From: Candidatus Moraniibacteriota bacterium
GTDB taxonomy: Bacteria > Patescibacteriota > Minisyncoccia > Moranbacterales > UBA1568
NCBI GenBank assembly: GCA_963778555.1
Contig: CAVZUR010000004.1
Span: forward strand, 180,151-244,150
Length of the DNA: 64,000 nucleotides
Direction of reading: 5' to 3'
The notes below the pieces were generated by a model. That model was not told the origin of the DNA, searched no databases, and saw nothing but the letters and a program-made list of their open reading frames with translations. The position numbers and the translations under genes were made by a program. Of this stretch, positions 1 to 8,290 are shown in pieces (positions within the stretch are counted from its first letter, which is position 1; each line of letters begins with the position of its first letter).

Positions 1-39
1 AGTGCGATCGATCACGCCCATTCCTACTCCGAACGACTA

Positions 40-342
40 ATGGACGCGATAGCTGATGTCGTTGCGGAGGGACTGGCCGTTCCAGAATTGTTGGGCAGGG
101 ATTTCAGCCCGAACAAGGTCATGGTGAATCTTTTGAGAACCCCAGAATTCGCTTTGCATTGGCCGCCCATTTACATCTCCATCATCGCCCCGCGCTGCGA
201 TGCATCGGTCCAGAGCCAAAATGAACTGGTGAAGCACGTTATTAGAGCGCTGAGAGAACTCCGGAGAAAGGAATGGATACATCCCGACAGACGGATTGGC
301 GTCAGGATTGAGTTCAGCGACAGCTCGTACGCCATTGTGTAG
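40..342 (+). CDS. hypothetical protein (C-terminal half weakly tautomerase-like beta-alpha-beta)
   Basis: ORF-track 100-aa ORF with plausible high-GC codon usage. It converges on the metzincin gene and is followed by a weak hairpin + T8 at ~366-398. No recognisable motifs. Confidence 0.3.
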   Translation: MDAIADVVAEGLAVPELLGRDFSPNKVMVNLLRTPEFALHWPPIYISIIAPRCDASVQSQNELVKHVIRALRELRRKEWIHPDRRIGVRIEFSDSSYAIV

Positions 343-391
343 TCCACCGCACTACTTGCAAGCCGACCGCCATCGCGCGCACGGCTTTTTT

Positions 392-1384
392 TTAGTTTGA
401 AAATTGATTCGAGAGTAGGCTCCAAGCTTCGCGCGTATCGCGGAGCATGAGGTCCCAGGCCGTGACCGAACAAACGCTCGTCAGCGCCGCCCGGTCTTCC
501 TTCGAGAACTCCATCTGTTGAATATCCTGCTCTCCCATCACGGGATACATGATCGAGCGTGGATTCTCCACATGCCCCAGGCCGAGCGCATGACCGAGCT
601 CGTGGACAAGCACCATGGCGAGATGATCGCGGTCGTCGAACTGATAGATGTCGATGCTCTGTCCTGCATATACCCCCTGATCGAACGACCCCTCCGTCCC
701 GTACTGCTCGGTGAACTCCTCGACACGACTATTGTAACGCTCCACCACCTTTTCCTCCTCCTTCGCATATCGATTCACTTCCGTGACAAGTGCGTTCACT
801 CGGAGGCGCTGCGACTCGATTACTGGCTGCTCCGCTTTCAATTTTTTGGCGTCTGATCGGATCGCATCGAATTCACCGGTATCTAAACGGTCACCCTGGT
901 TCCATTCGGCGACGCGCTGATTGTAGCGGTCGAGGCGTGCTTCAAAACTGGCAATCGATGCGTCATATGCCTGCCGCGCTTTCGCCAGCTCCGTGGAAAG
1001 CACATCGAATTTCCCCTTGATGGTCGTCTGCTTGGACTGGACCGCGTCCCATTCGCGCTCGAGCTTCTGGCTTTCTTGCGTCCGGGCCTGCCGTTCATCG
1101 AAGATGAGATTCACCGGAAACAGCGCTCCCGCTTCGTACTGGAATAGGTTCCGTCCGAGCGCCGCCTCCCAGGGTGCTTCGGCCTGTGCCACCGCGATGC
1201 GGAACTCCGTTTCCGAGAGACCGAAACGCGCGTCAAACTGCCCGATCGAGTAGGTGAGGGCCTGCTGGCACGGCACGCGGGTGTATTCGAACGCATAGAG
1301 CGTCCCTAAGGTGAGACCGAGAATAGCAATCCAAGAGAATATCCGTACAACCATAAGTCTTCTTATAGTAGCATTTCCGTCCAT
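392..1384 (-). CDS. membrane-anchored zinc metalloprotease, metzincin/matrixin-like (M10-type) with coiled-coil linker
   Basis: N-terminal TM helix (IFSWIAILGLTLGTL). Long charged coiled-coil region. C-terminal 'VLVHELGHALGLGHVENPRSIMYP' is a canonical HExxHxxGxxH zinc site plus Met-turn. Confidence 0.8.
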   Translation of the reverse strand: MDGNATIRRLMVVRIFSWIAILGLTLGTLYAFEYTRVPCQQALTYSIGQFDARFGLSETEFRIAVAQAEAPWEAALGRNLFQYEAGALFPVNLIFDERQARTQESQKLEREWDAVQSKQTTIKGKFDVLSTELAKARQAYDASIASFEARLDRYNQRVAEWNQGDRLDTGEFDAIRSDAKKLKAEQPVIESQRLRVNALVTEVNRYAKEEEKVVERYNSRVEEFTEQYGTEGSFDQGVYAGQSIDIYQFDDRDHLAMVLVHELGHALGLGHVENPRSIMYPVMGEQDIQQMEFSKEDRAALTSVCSVTAWDLMLRDTREAWSLLSNQFSN

Positions 1385-1474
1385 TGGCCTTTTGACAGCG
1401 GGCAGCGCCTGTTGCTAGTATCCAGGCGACGAAATCGTCCCCTTCCTTTACAATCCACCACCATCGGAGGCTCT

Positions 1475-1753
1475 ATGCTCATGTTCCGCATCATTTCACG
1501 TCCGCCAGGAACCCAATCGTACTGGATACGTGATCTCTGGATTGGCTGCGCCTTTCGAGTCCTCGCCGACCCGAATGATACGGAGACCTATCTGGTTCCG
1601 TCTGCCGCTGCATACACCGTCCTCACTGAGAAGTATGGCGCGGGCGTAACCGCTCACTTCTCCTTCCCAACCAACGGTCACATCCGCTTCCCGAAAAGCT
1701 GCTGCCAAATCATGGGAGCGAGCTCGCCCTCTCCACTCCACCCTATCCACTAG
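1475..1753 (+). CDS. small paralog P1 of a tandem family (PPG..IR..WIG N-motif, RFPxSC C-motif)
   Basis: In-frame M inside ORF 1412..1753. Shares 'RPPGTQSYWIRDLWIG' and C-terminal 'IRFPKSCCQIM' with the three downstream ORFs. Confidence 0.4.
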   Translation: MLMFRIISRPPGTQSYWIRDLWIGCAFRVLADPNDTETYLVPSAAAYTVLTEKYGAGVTAHFSFPTNGHIRFPKSCCQIMGASSPSPLHPIH

Positions 1754-1762
1754 GAGACCGAC

Positions 1763-2338
1763 ATGCCGATGATTCAGATCACGGACGTTATTCCGCCGAG
1801 CGAACTGGCCGAGGAACTTTCTGCGCGCCACGCCCTGGTTGGGCTGAAAGTCATGGCCGATGACCGCACCGTTCAGGGTCTCCGCGCCCTGAATCCGAAT
1901 CTGCCGCATCTCCCCGATACCTATGAGGTCGCGGGGCGCGATATGTTCGACGCTCTCTGGGATGCCAACCGCTGCGAACACGCCATCTACTGGCAGGACG
2001 TCATCCGGCCGCAGCTCTTCCGTATTCCGCTCCGCTGCGCGAGCGTCATGCACCGGGTTCGTATCGCACGGACTCCCAATCTCGCCACCCATCCGCTCAC
2101 GCATCTCGTTGCCCTCCAAGGGCTAGAATTCCTGCTCGATTTCGATGAGATCGCCGCGTGTTTTGCCGGTAATCCAGACCAGGAACGACCGCCGACTTGC
2201 TTTCTCCCCGTCCCGCGTAACCGCATTGTGACGCTCTTGAGGCAGGCGTATCGCAGTCTCTCCGCCGATTACTGGCAACGGCAAGACATCGGCTACCTTC
2301 CCATCCATGAATCGTGCTGCCAGCTCTGCGATTCTTAA
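1763..2338 (+). CDS. small paralog P2 (N-terminal family domain plus a degenerate second copy ending 'SCCQLCDS')
   Basis: Aligns with P3: 'LPHLPDTYEV..MFDAL..YWQDVIRPQLFRIPLRCA' vs 'PHLKDLPEAYEV..ALEAL..YWVDYLRRIVPPRLLRFPKDCA'. A 90-aa C-terminal extension repeats the Cys-containing end motif. Confidence 0.5.
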   Translation: MPMIQITDVIPPSELAEELSARHALVGLKVMADDRTVQGLRALNPNLPHLPDTYEVAGRDMFDALWDANRCEHAIYWQDVIRPQLFRIPLRCASVMHRVRIARTPNLATHPLTHLVALQGLEFLLDFDEIAACFAGNPDQERPPTCFLPVPRNRIVTLLRQAYRSLSADYWQRQDIGYLPIHESCCQLCDS

Positions 2339-2353
2339 CCCCAGGAGCGCACC

Positions 2354-2647
2354 ATGCAAAAAATCCATGTCGTGAGAACTCCCGCCGGCGCCGGACCGGA
2401 AGACGCGCGCCGCATCTGGGTCGGTCATGTCCTTCCTCTCGCGCCACCCAAACGCCTCGCCGAATTGCATCTCGAGTTTCCGCATCTCAAGGATTTGCCG
2501 GAGGCCTACGAAGTTGAATTCCGTGCTGCTCTCGAGGCCTTGGCGCTCGGCCCGTACCGCTACTGGGTTGACTACCTGCGGCGCATCGTACCGCCGCGTC
2601 TGCTGCGCTTCCCCAAAGACTGCGCCGAACTCACTGGCCACACCTAG
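2354..2647 (+). CDS. small paralog P3 of the same family
   Basis: 97-aa ORF, 16 nt after P2. Conserved 'TPAGAGPEDARRIWVGHVLP', 'YEV', 'YRYW', 'LLRFPKDC'. Confidence 0.5.
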   Translation: MQKIHVVRTPAGAGPEDARRIWVGHVLPLAPPKRLAELHLEFPHLKDLPEAYEVEFRAALEALALGPYRYWVDYLRRIVPPRLLRFPKDCAELTGHT

Positions 2648-2656
2648 GAATCCATC

Positions 2657-2953
2657 ATGACCAAAAAACTCCGCATCACCGTTACGCCACCTGGGGTCGC
2701 CCCACTATTCATCCGCGAGCAGTGGATCGGCATCGAGATCCCGATCAACGAAGCGGCCGTAGAGCATGAGCTCGAGACGGACCCGGCCTGGAAAGACTTC
2801 TCTGTGGACGCCCCCGGCTACCATGTCATGGCCCTCGATGCCATCCAGGCACTCACCGACGCCGGACGATTCAAAGCTGCCTACTTCTGGGATGGCATGC
2901 CCGGGACGATGTATCGCTTCAACCGCAGTTGCGGCGAGATCATCGAAGTCTGA
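2657..2953 (+). CDS. small paralog P4 of the same family
   Basis: 98-aa ORF, 10 nt after P3. 'ITVTPPGVAPLFIREQWIGIEIP', 'AAYFWD', 'MYRFNRSCGEII'. Confidence 0.5.
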   Translation: MTKKLRITVTPPGVAPLFIREQWIGIEIPINEAAVEHELETDPAWKDFSVDAPGYHVMALDAIQALTDAGRFKAAYFWDGMPGTMYRFNRSCGEIIEV

Positions 2954-3047
2954 TGACTCTCCGCCCACCCCGCGCCACGCGCAAACAAAGAGACGACCCA
3001 CCCCGGGCCGTCTCGCTTTTTTTATTCTATTCACTCATCCCTCAAAC

Positions 3048-4118
3048 CTATACCCTGAAATACTCCTTATACCATTCAACAAAATTCTTGATGCCAAGTT
3101 CAATGCGGGTGGTTGGCTTCCAGCCGAGCTTGCGCAGCTTGCGAATATCCGCGACGGTCGAGGGCACATCGCCGGGCTGGATCGGCAGCAGTTTCTTTTT
3201 CGCTTTCTTTCCCACGTTTTCCTCGATGACTTCGATGAAGCGAGTGAGCTTTTCTTCCTTGTCGCCACCGATGTTCATCACTCGCGCGATTGGCGTATTC
3301 GCCCGTCCGCGTTGTGCATCCGGGTAAACATCAAGGCAGGTCAGGATGCCCGAGACAATATCGTCGATATAGGTGAAGTTCCGCGTCATCTTGCCATGGT
3401 TGTAAACCTTGATGGTCCGGCCCGCGAGAATATCCTGGGTAAAAGTGAAGAGCGCCATGTCCGGCCGGCCCCACGGACCATAGACGGTGAAGAAGCGCAG
3501 TCCGGTCGTAGGGAGTCCATGGATATGGCTGTAGACATGCGCCATGAGCTCGGTCGCTTTTTTGGTCGCGGCATAGGGTGAGATCGGCGTATCGACAGAG
3601 TCACTCTCGGCAAATGGAAGTTTTTTATTGTTGCCGTAGACAGACGATGACGAGGCGTAGAGGAAATTCTTCACCCCGTACTTCACCGCGAGATCGAGGA
3701 GGTAGGTGGTGCCCATCACGTTCACATCGGCATAGAGGGCCGGGTTGCTCAGACTGTAGCGCACCCCCGCCATCGCCGCGAGATGGATGACTTTGTCGGG
3801 CTTTTCCTTTTTGAAGACTTTCTCGAGAAACTTCACGTCGCGGATATCGCCGCGATAGAGCGTAAACCCGCCCACCGCTCGCTTTCCGCTCGCGGTACTT
3901 CGGGCAGGCCGCCCTTGGTAGTCTTTCAGAAAAATCTTGATGCGATCCTCTTTGATCCGCGGGTCATAGTAGTCATTGAAATTGTCGATGAGAATCGGGG
4001 TGTCGCCGCGTTCCATGAGCGCCCGCGCGGTCGCCGAGCCGATGAAGCCCGCGCCGCCCGTGATCAGGACTTTGATGCCTTTCTGTTTCGATTTTTTCGT
4101 CGTTTTCTTAGTGGCCAT
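3048..4118 (-). CDS. NAD-dependent epimerase/dehydratase (UDP-sugar 4-epimerase, WbpP/CapI-like)
   Basis: 'VLITGGAGFIGS' Rossmann motif, 'SPYAATKKATE' YxxxK catalytic motif. Start placed at MATKK (cat at 4116-4118). The longer ORF-track N-extension is unlikely. Confidence 0.85.
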   Translation of the reverse strand: MATKKTTKKSKQKGIKVLITGGAGFIGSATARALMERGDTPILIDNFNDYYDPRIKEDRIKIFLKDYQGRPARSTASGKRAVGGFTLYRGDIRDVKFLEKVFKKEKPDKVIHLAAMAGVRYSLSNPALYADVNVMGTTYLLDLAVKYGVKNFLYASSSSVYGNNKKLPFAESDSVDTPISPYAATKKATELMAHVYSHIHGLPTTGLRFFTVYGPWGRPDMALFTFTQDILAGRTIKVYNHGKMTRNFTYIDDIVSGILTCLDVYPDAQRGRANTPIARVMNIGGDKEEKLTRFIEVIEENVGKKAKKKLLPIQPGDVPSTVADIRKLRKLGWKPTTRIELGIKNFVEWYKEYFRV

Positions 4119-4131
4119 AGACTCGAAATGA

Positions 4132-4923
4132 TTATTGACGAATGAGCTCTCGGATTCGTTTGAAGAGACCAGCAGGCCCGCCGCGCCGCATTTCACGGTA
4201 CGCATTGCCCGCAAGCTCAGCCACTCGTCCGATGGGCGATCCGGGACGGAACAGCGACTGCTGCAGTGCTTGACGCTGGGCGTGATGCCGTTCCCACTTC
4301 AAGGCCACCCGCTCGCGCTCTTGGGTCGTGAGCGCTCCCTTCCTGAGAACCAGCGTGAAGCCGTTCCCGATTTTATCATCTGTGTCCTGGAAGTCAACGA
4401 GCTCCCAATCGAGGCCAATTCCCCGGACCAATTCCACACCATCCTCCGTCACCCAGAAATTGCAGTGACCCGTCTCTATGTCTGGCGTCACTGCCAGCGT
4501 CCCCGCATGCCGCGCCTGAAGTTCGATGAGCATCGTCGGGGTTTGGTTCCGATCAAAAGTCCGCTCACGATGCGGCACGATCATGAATACATAGCCGCCC
4601 GGCTTTACCACGCGATACCATTCGAGAAGTGCCGCAATTGGGTCGGCAAAGTGTTCGAGGACATGCGATGATACCACGAAGTCCACTGATGCGTCCGGTA
4701 CCGGCAACCGATCCCCGGGCGCAACGAAATCGATCGGCGCTACCTCGCCAGAAATATCAAGCTCGCGTTTCTTGTAGGTACTTTCATTGAATTCGTCAGC
4801 AATGTCGACGTTTTTGGTATTGAGACCGAAGGGGTTATGCGCCGAGGCGCCGATTTCGAGTCCCGTGAGGCCGTCAAGGTACTGATGGGCAAGCCGGCTT
4901 TCCGGGAAAATCCGTTTCGCCAT
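4132..4923 (-). CDS. class I SAM-dependent methyltransferase
   Basis: 'GLEIGASAHNP' (motif I-like), 'VDFVVSSHVLEHFADP', 'VVKPGGYVFMIVP' typical of the Methyltransf_11 fold. Sits in the glycan cluster. Confidence 0.75.
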   Translation of the reverse strand: MAKRIFPESRLAHQYLDGLTGLEIGASAHNPFGLNTKNVDIADEFNESTYKKRELDISGEVAPIDFVAPGDRLPVPDASVDFVVSSHVLEHFADPIAALLEWYRVVKPGGYVFMIVPHRERTFDRNQTPTMLIELQARHAGTLAVTPDIETGHCNFWVTEDGVELVRGIGLDWELVDFQDTDDKIGNGFTLVLRKGALTTQERERVALKWERHHAQRQALQQSLFRPGSPIGRVAELAGNAYREMRRGGPAGLFKRIRELIRQ

Positions 4924-4924
4924 A

Positions 4925-6109
4925 TCAAACTGGCTTCAGGACAGAACGCAGATAGTCATAGTACGCCTCGTTCGTGGCATTTGCGTTCGTGTATTTTTCC
5001 AGCGCCGATTCCTCTGCCGCCTGGCCCATCCGGACGCGGAGCTCGTGGTCGGCGATGAGCCGCTCGATCTTTTCCACCCACTCGTCCGAGTTGCCGGCGA
5101 CAAAACCATCAGTGCCATCAGCGATCGCTTCGCGGAAGGTCTGCGTCGCGGCCGCGACGGTCGGCACGCCGACGATTCCCGCTTCAAAGAACTTCAATTC
5201 GGATTTGGATTCGCAGAACGGATTGCCGATCTCCAAGGGCGCGAGATTGATGTCGAGCGAGGCGATAACGTCAAACAATTCGCGGCGCGGAACGAATGGT
5301 TGCCGCTCGATCTGGCTGGCATACGGCGCAAACCGATCCTCCAAGAGAAGTGGTCCGACGATGACGAGTCGAAGCTCAGAGTGTCGATCGAGAAGGGTGA
5401 TGAGCGCGTCGGTAATCGTCGCGAAGTCTTTGTTGTGGCTCGGCGTGCCGGAGAGGTAGCCGATGCTGAGGAAGCGTTCCCTCATCCCGATGTCTTTCTT
5501 GCCCGCGCCTCATCCGCCCAGACGACATCCTGCTGCTGAGAGCCGATTCGGGACAATGAAGACTTCTTTTCCCCTTTCCCTCAACTTGTCCGCGAGAAAA
5601 CTCGTCGTGGTGGTTGCGACGGTCACGTGTGGGTCGGCGAGAATTTCACCGCCGACGCCCTGCGCGTAGAGTTTCCGCTCGAGCGTATTCATCTGATGCC
5701 AATAATCCATGTGCACCAGGAACGCTGGATCGTAGACGAGATCGTCGGTTTCAAAAATGATGGTCTTGCCAAGCGCTTTCACTCGCGCGATGAAGCGCGC
5801 GATTTTCGGCGTCATGAGAACACGGTGGAGAATGAAAACCTGGAACTCATCCGCATACCCGAGCAAGCGAGGATTATCCTGCACGGTGACGGATGCCCCG
5901 AAACCATGCAGCCGAAGCTCTTCGGCGACATGCGTCGTCCGATAGCGCGCGCTGTCTCCCACCCCGCCCGAGATGAAGAGGATATCGCCGGGCGCCACGG
6001 GAGCGAAGAGCGCCGCAAAGGCCGTCGCGACGCGCCGTCCGCCGCGCACCAGGCCATCGCGCTGGATCACGCTCCAGGCTTTCCCGATTTTGATGAGGAG
6101 AGTTTTCAT
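4925..6109 (-). pseudogene. GT4-family glycosyltransferase interrupted by a single in-frame TGA at the inter-domain linker (or split gene)
   Basis: ORFs 5510..6109 (N-terminal Rossmann domain) and 4925..5485 (C-terminal domain with E-x7-E 'ESKSELKFFEAGIVGVPTV') are in the same frame. They are separated by one TGA plus 8 codons. Confidence 0.5.
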
Positions 6110-7324
6110 AGCGTTAAAATTTTCTGATACACCCCTTCGAGGATTTCGCCCGTCTTGTCCCAGGAGAATTTTTCCTTGGCCCGCGCCTTGTTCGCCTCGC
6201 CCTTCCGCTTGCGGAGCTCCGGATCACGGAGCAGCCTTAGCACCGCGTCCGTCAGTCCCTGGCTGGAAACTTCATGCGCGTACTCCCCGCCTTCGCCGAG
6301 ATACTCGCGATTATTCTCCGTGTCGAAACACACGACCGGCAGACCCGCCCCCATGTACTGAAGCATTTTCCCGCTCGCTTGGCCGACGCCTTCTTCCTTC
6401 GGATCGATGCCGACATCGCGAGAGCGCGAGGATCTCGCGCAGCGAAAAATACGGCAAGGGTGTGATCGGCGTCACGCGGTCCATCCAGGCTTTGTCTTTG
6501 AAATACGCCGCGACCTCGTTCCATGGAAATCCGGCGATGACGATATGCGCGCGTGGATCACCCGCGAGGATTGCCGGGACTGCCTGAATGAAATGCTGGA
6601 TGCCTTTGTTGGCAACGAGCGCGCCGGTGTACGTCACGACCAGCGTTTGCTCGGGGAGGCCGTATTTCCGACGCAGCGCCGCGCGCGGAAAATCAATACT
6701 CGCTTCTTGGTCAGTCCCGACTCCGTCCGGCACAGTGGTGGGTTCATTTTTCTTCCGCAGGACGCCAATGTCGCGAGTGTTCCGCCACGAACTGGTCACA
6801 GCTACATCGCCGAGATTATCGACGACTTGTTCCACCCACTCGAAGAGGCGGCGGAGCACTCCTGTCTGGAGATACGCATGCGAGACCATTTCTTTCGTCA
6901 GGCTGCCATGGAAATCCACCACGAGCAGCATGCGTCGCCAAAACAGCGCCTTTTGTACAATCCAGCCGATAAGTGCGCCCTCATGCAGATGCCCATGGAG
7001 AATATCCGGCCGCGTCGTCCGCGCCAAGAAAAAAACTTTGCGGATGAGCATCAGATCGAGGATTAGTTTCTGCCAGTCCGGCCCGGCTTCGAGTTTTTTA
7101 TACCAGAACAAGAGCCGGCGAATACGGCGCACTTCGACCTGTTTCGCCAAAGCGGGCGGCAACTCCTGACCGATATGGTACGTCGCGATGGTCACCTGAT
7201 GACCACGGCGGGTCAACGCGAGCGCTTCCTCCAAGATGCGGATATGCGATCCCCGATCCGAAAAAAACGGCGTCGGCGCGATCATCAGGACTTTTTTGGA
7301 TGCGTCAATCATAGCTATAGGCAT
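6106..7324 (-). pseudogene. GT4-family glycosyltransferase with frameshift at ~6414-6440
   Basis: 6311..7324 encodes the N-terminal domain up to 'LREILALS'. The frame switches into '...RDVGIDPKEEGVGQASGKMLQYMGAGLPVV...' (6106..6420). The shift site coincides with the short slipped repeat 'gcgagagcgcgagg'. Confidence 0.55.
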
Positions 7325-7444
7325 TATACCTTAGCCAGAATCCCGAAGGAAAAAGAAATGCCGGACCCATCGTTGAGGAAACCGGCGAAAATCTGAGGAG
7401 GAACTGGAGACACTCCGAATAACCGCCGCAGCGACACAGATTAT

Positions 7445-8284
7445 TTACCTGTGCCTAGTGATAAAAGCAATGGCATCCTGAATCCCAAGATCAACCAAAC
7501 GGTTCAGATTTGTGTGACCACTATCGAACTGCCATCGATTGGGCAGAGTTTGAGTGGGCGAGATCACTCGTATGCGATCGGCATGCATTCGCACTATTTG
7601 TACGGCTGTCGCGATACGCTTCTCGACAAGCCGAATATTCGGCAGCACGGCGTAAGCAGAGTAGATACTAAGAAAAGCTTTCGCTAATTTTCCGATTTCT
7701 TCCAAGGGTCGGTTGCATACAATGATCACCTCCTCGTACCCGTCAGCCAAGGCTTTTTCAAGTGGTATCGGGTCTGAAAGACCGCCGTCGACGTAGACCC
7801 TTCTCTCAATACTTACCTTCGGATGGAAAACCGGAACCGCTGCGGATGCACGAACCTGGAGAAAGAACTCTTCTTCTGACTTCGGAGAGAGGTAGTGCGG
7901 TTCACCCGTCTCCCTGTCTGTTACGACAATTTCAAATGATGTCCGTGATGCCAGCATGTCCGTGATCGACAGGCGGTAGCGCCCACTCCGAAGAACATCA
8001 TTGAGATAGAACAGGTCAAGAATGGGCCGCTTCCCTGAAAGTATTCTCGATAGGTCAACAAGGAGATTGGAATGAACGCACTCCCGAAATATTCCCTCAA
8101 TGCAATCAGGCTGCCCACTGACTGCATAGCATCCGATATAGGCCCCAGCCGAACAACCGTAAATTCTTTCGAAATATCCATGTCCAAGTGCTCGGCAGAG
8201 AGTCGAAACGACTCCCCCGCCGTAGGCACCTCGTAGCCCGCCCGGGCCAATGATAAGTGCTCGACGCATGATATCGACTCCCAC
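7445..8284 (-). CDS. patatin-like phospholipase
   Basis: 'IIGPGGLRGAYGGG' (GxGxxG), 'GCSAG' (GxSxG nucleophile elbow), 'YVDGGLSDPIP' (catalytic Asp). Confidence 0.8.
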   Translation of the reverse strand: MGVDIMRRALIIGPGGLRGAYGGGVVSTLCRALGHGYFERIYGCSAGAYIGCYAVSGQPDCIEGIFRECVHSNLLVDLSRILSGKRPILDLFYLNDVLRSGRYRLSITDMLASRTSFEIVVTDRETGEPHYLSPKSEEEFFLQVRASAAVPVFHPKVSIERRVYVDGGLSDPIPLEKALADGYEEVIIVCNRPLEEIGKLAKAFLSIYSAYAVLPNIRLVEKRIATAVQIVRMHADRIRVISPTQTLPNRWQFDSGHTNLNRLVDLGIQDAIAFITRHR

Positions 8285-8290
8285 TAATTG

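Noticed and set aside
2766-3581. 271-aa plus-strand ORF overlapping the epimerase gene
   Set aside because: It is antisense to a strongly supported NAD-epimerase CDS. The composition is Pro/Arg/Ser-rich low complexity.
5486-5512. In-frame TGA in the GT4 gene as a possible selenocysteine or Gly-recoded codon
   Set aside because: TGA terminates many well-defined genes in this window. No SECIS-like hairpin follows it. A glycosyltransferase linker is not a plausible Sec site. It is kept as a pseudogene or split gene instead.
6407-7066. 219-aa plus-strand ORF inside the GT4 locus
   Set aside because: It is antisense to the GT4 N-terminal domain coding region and shows no protein-like motifs.
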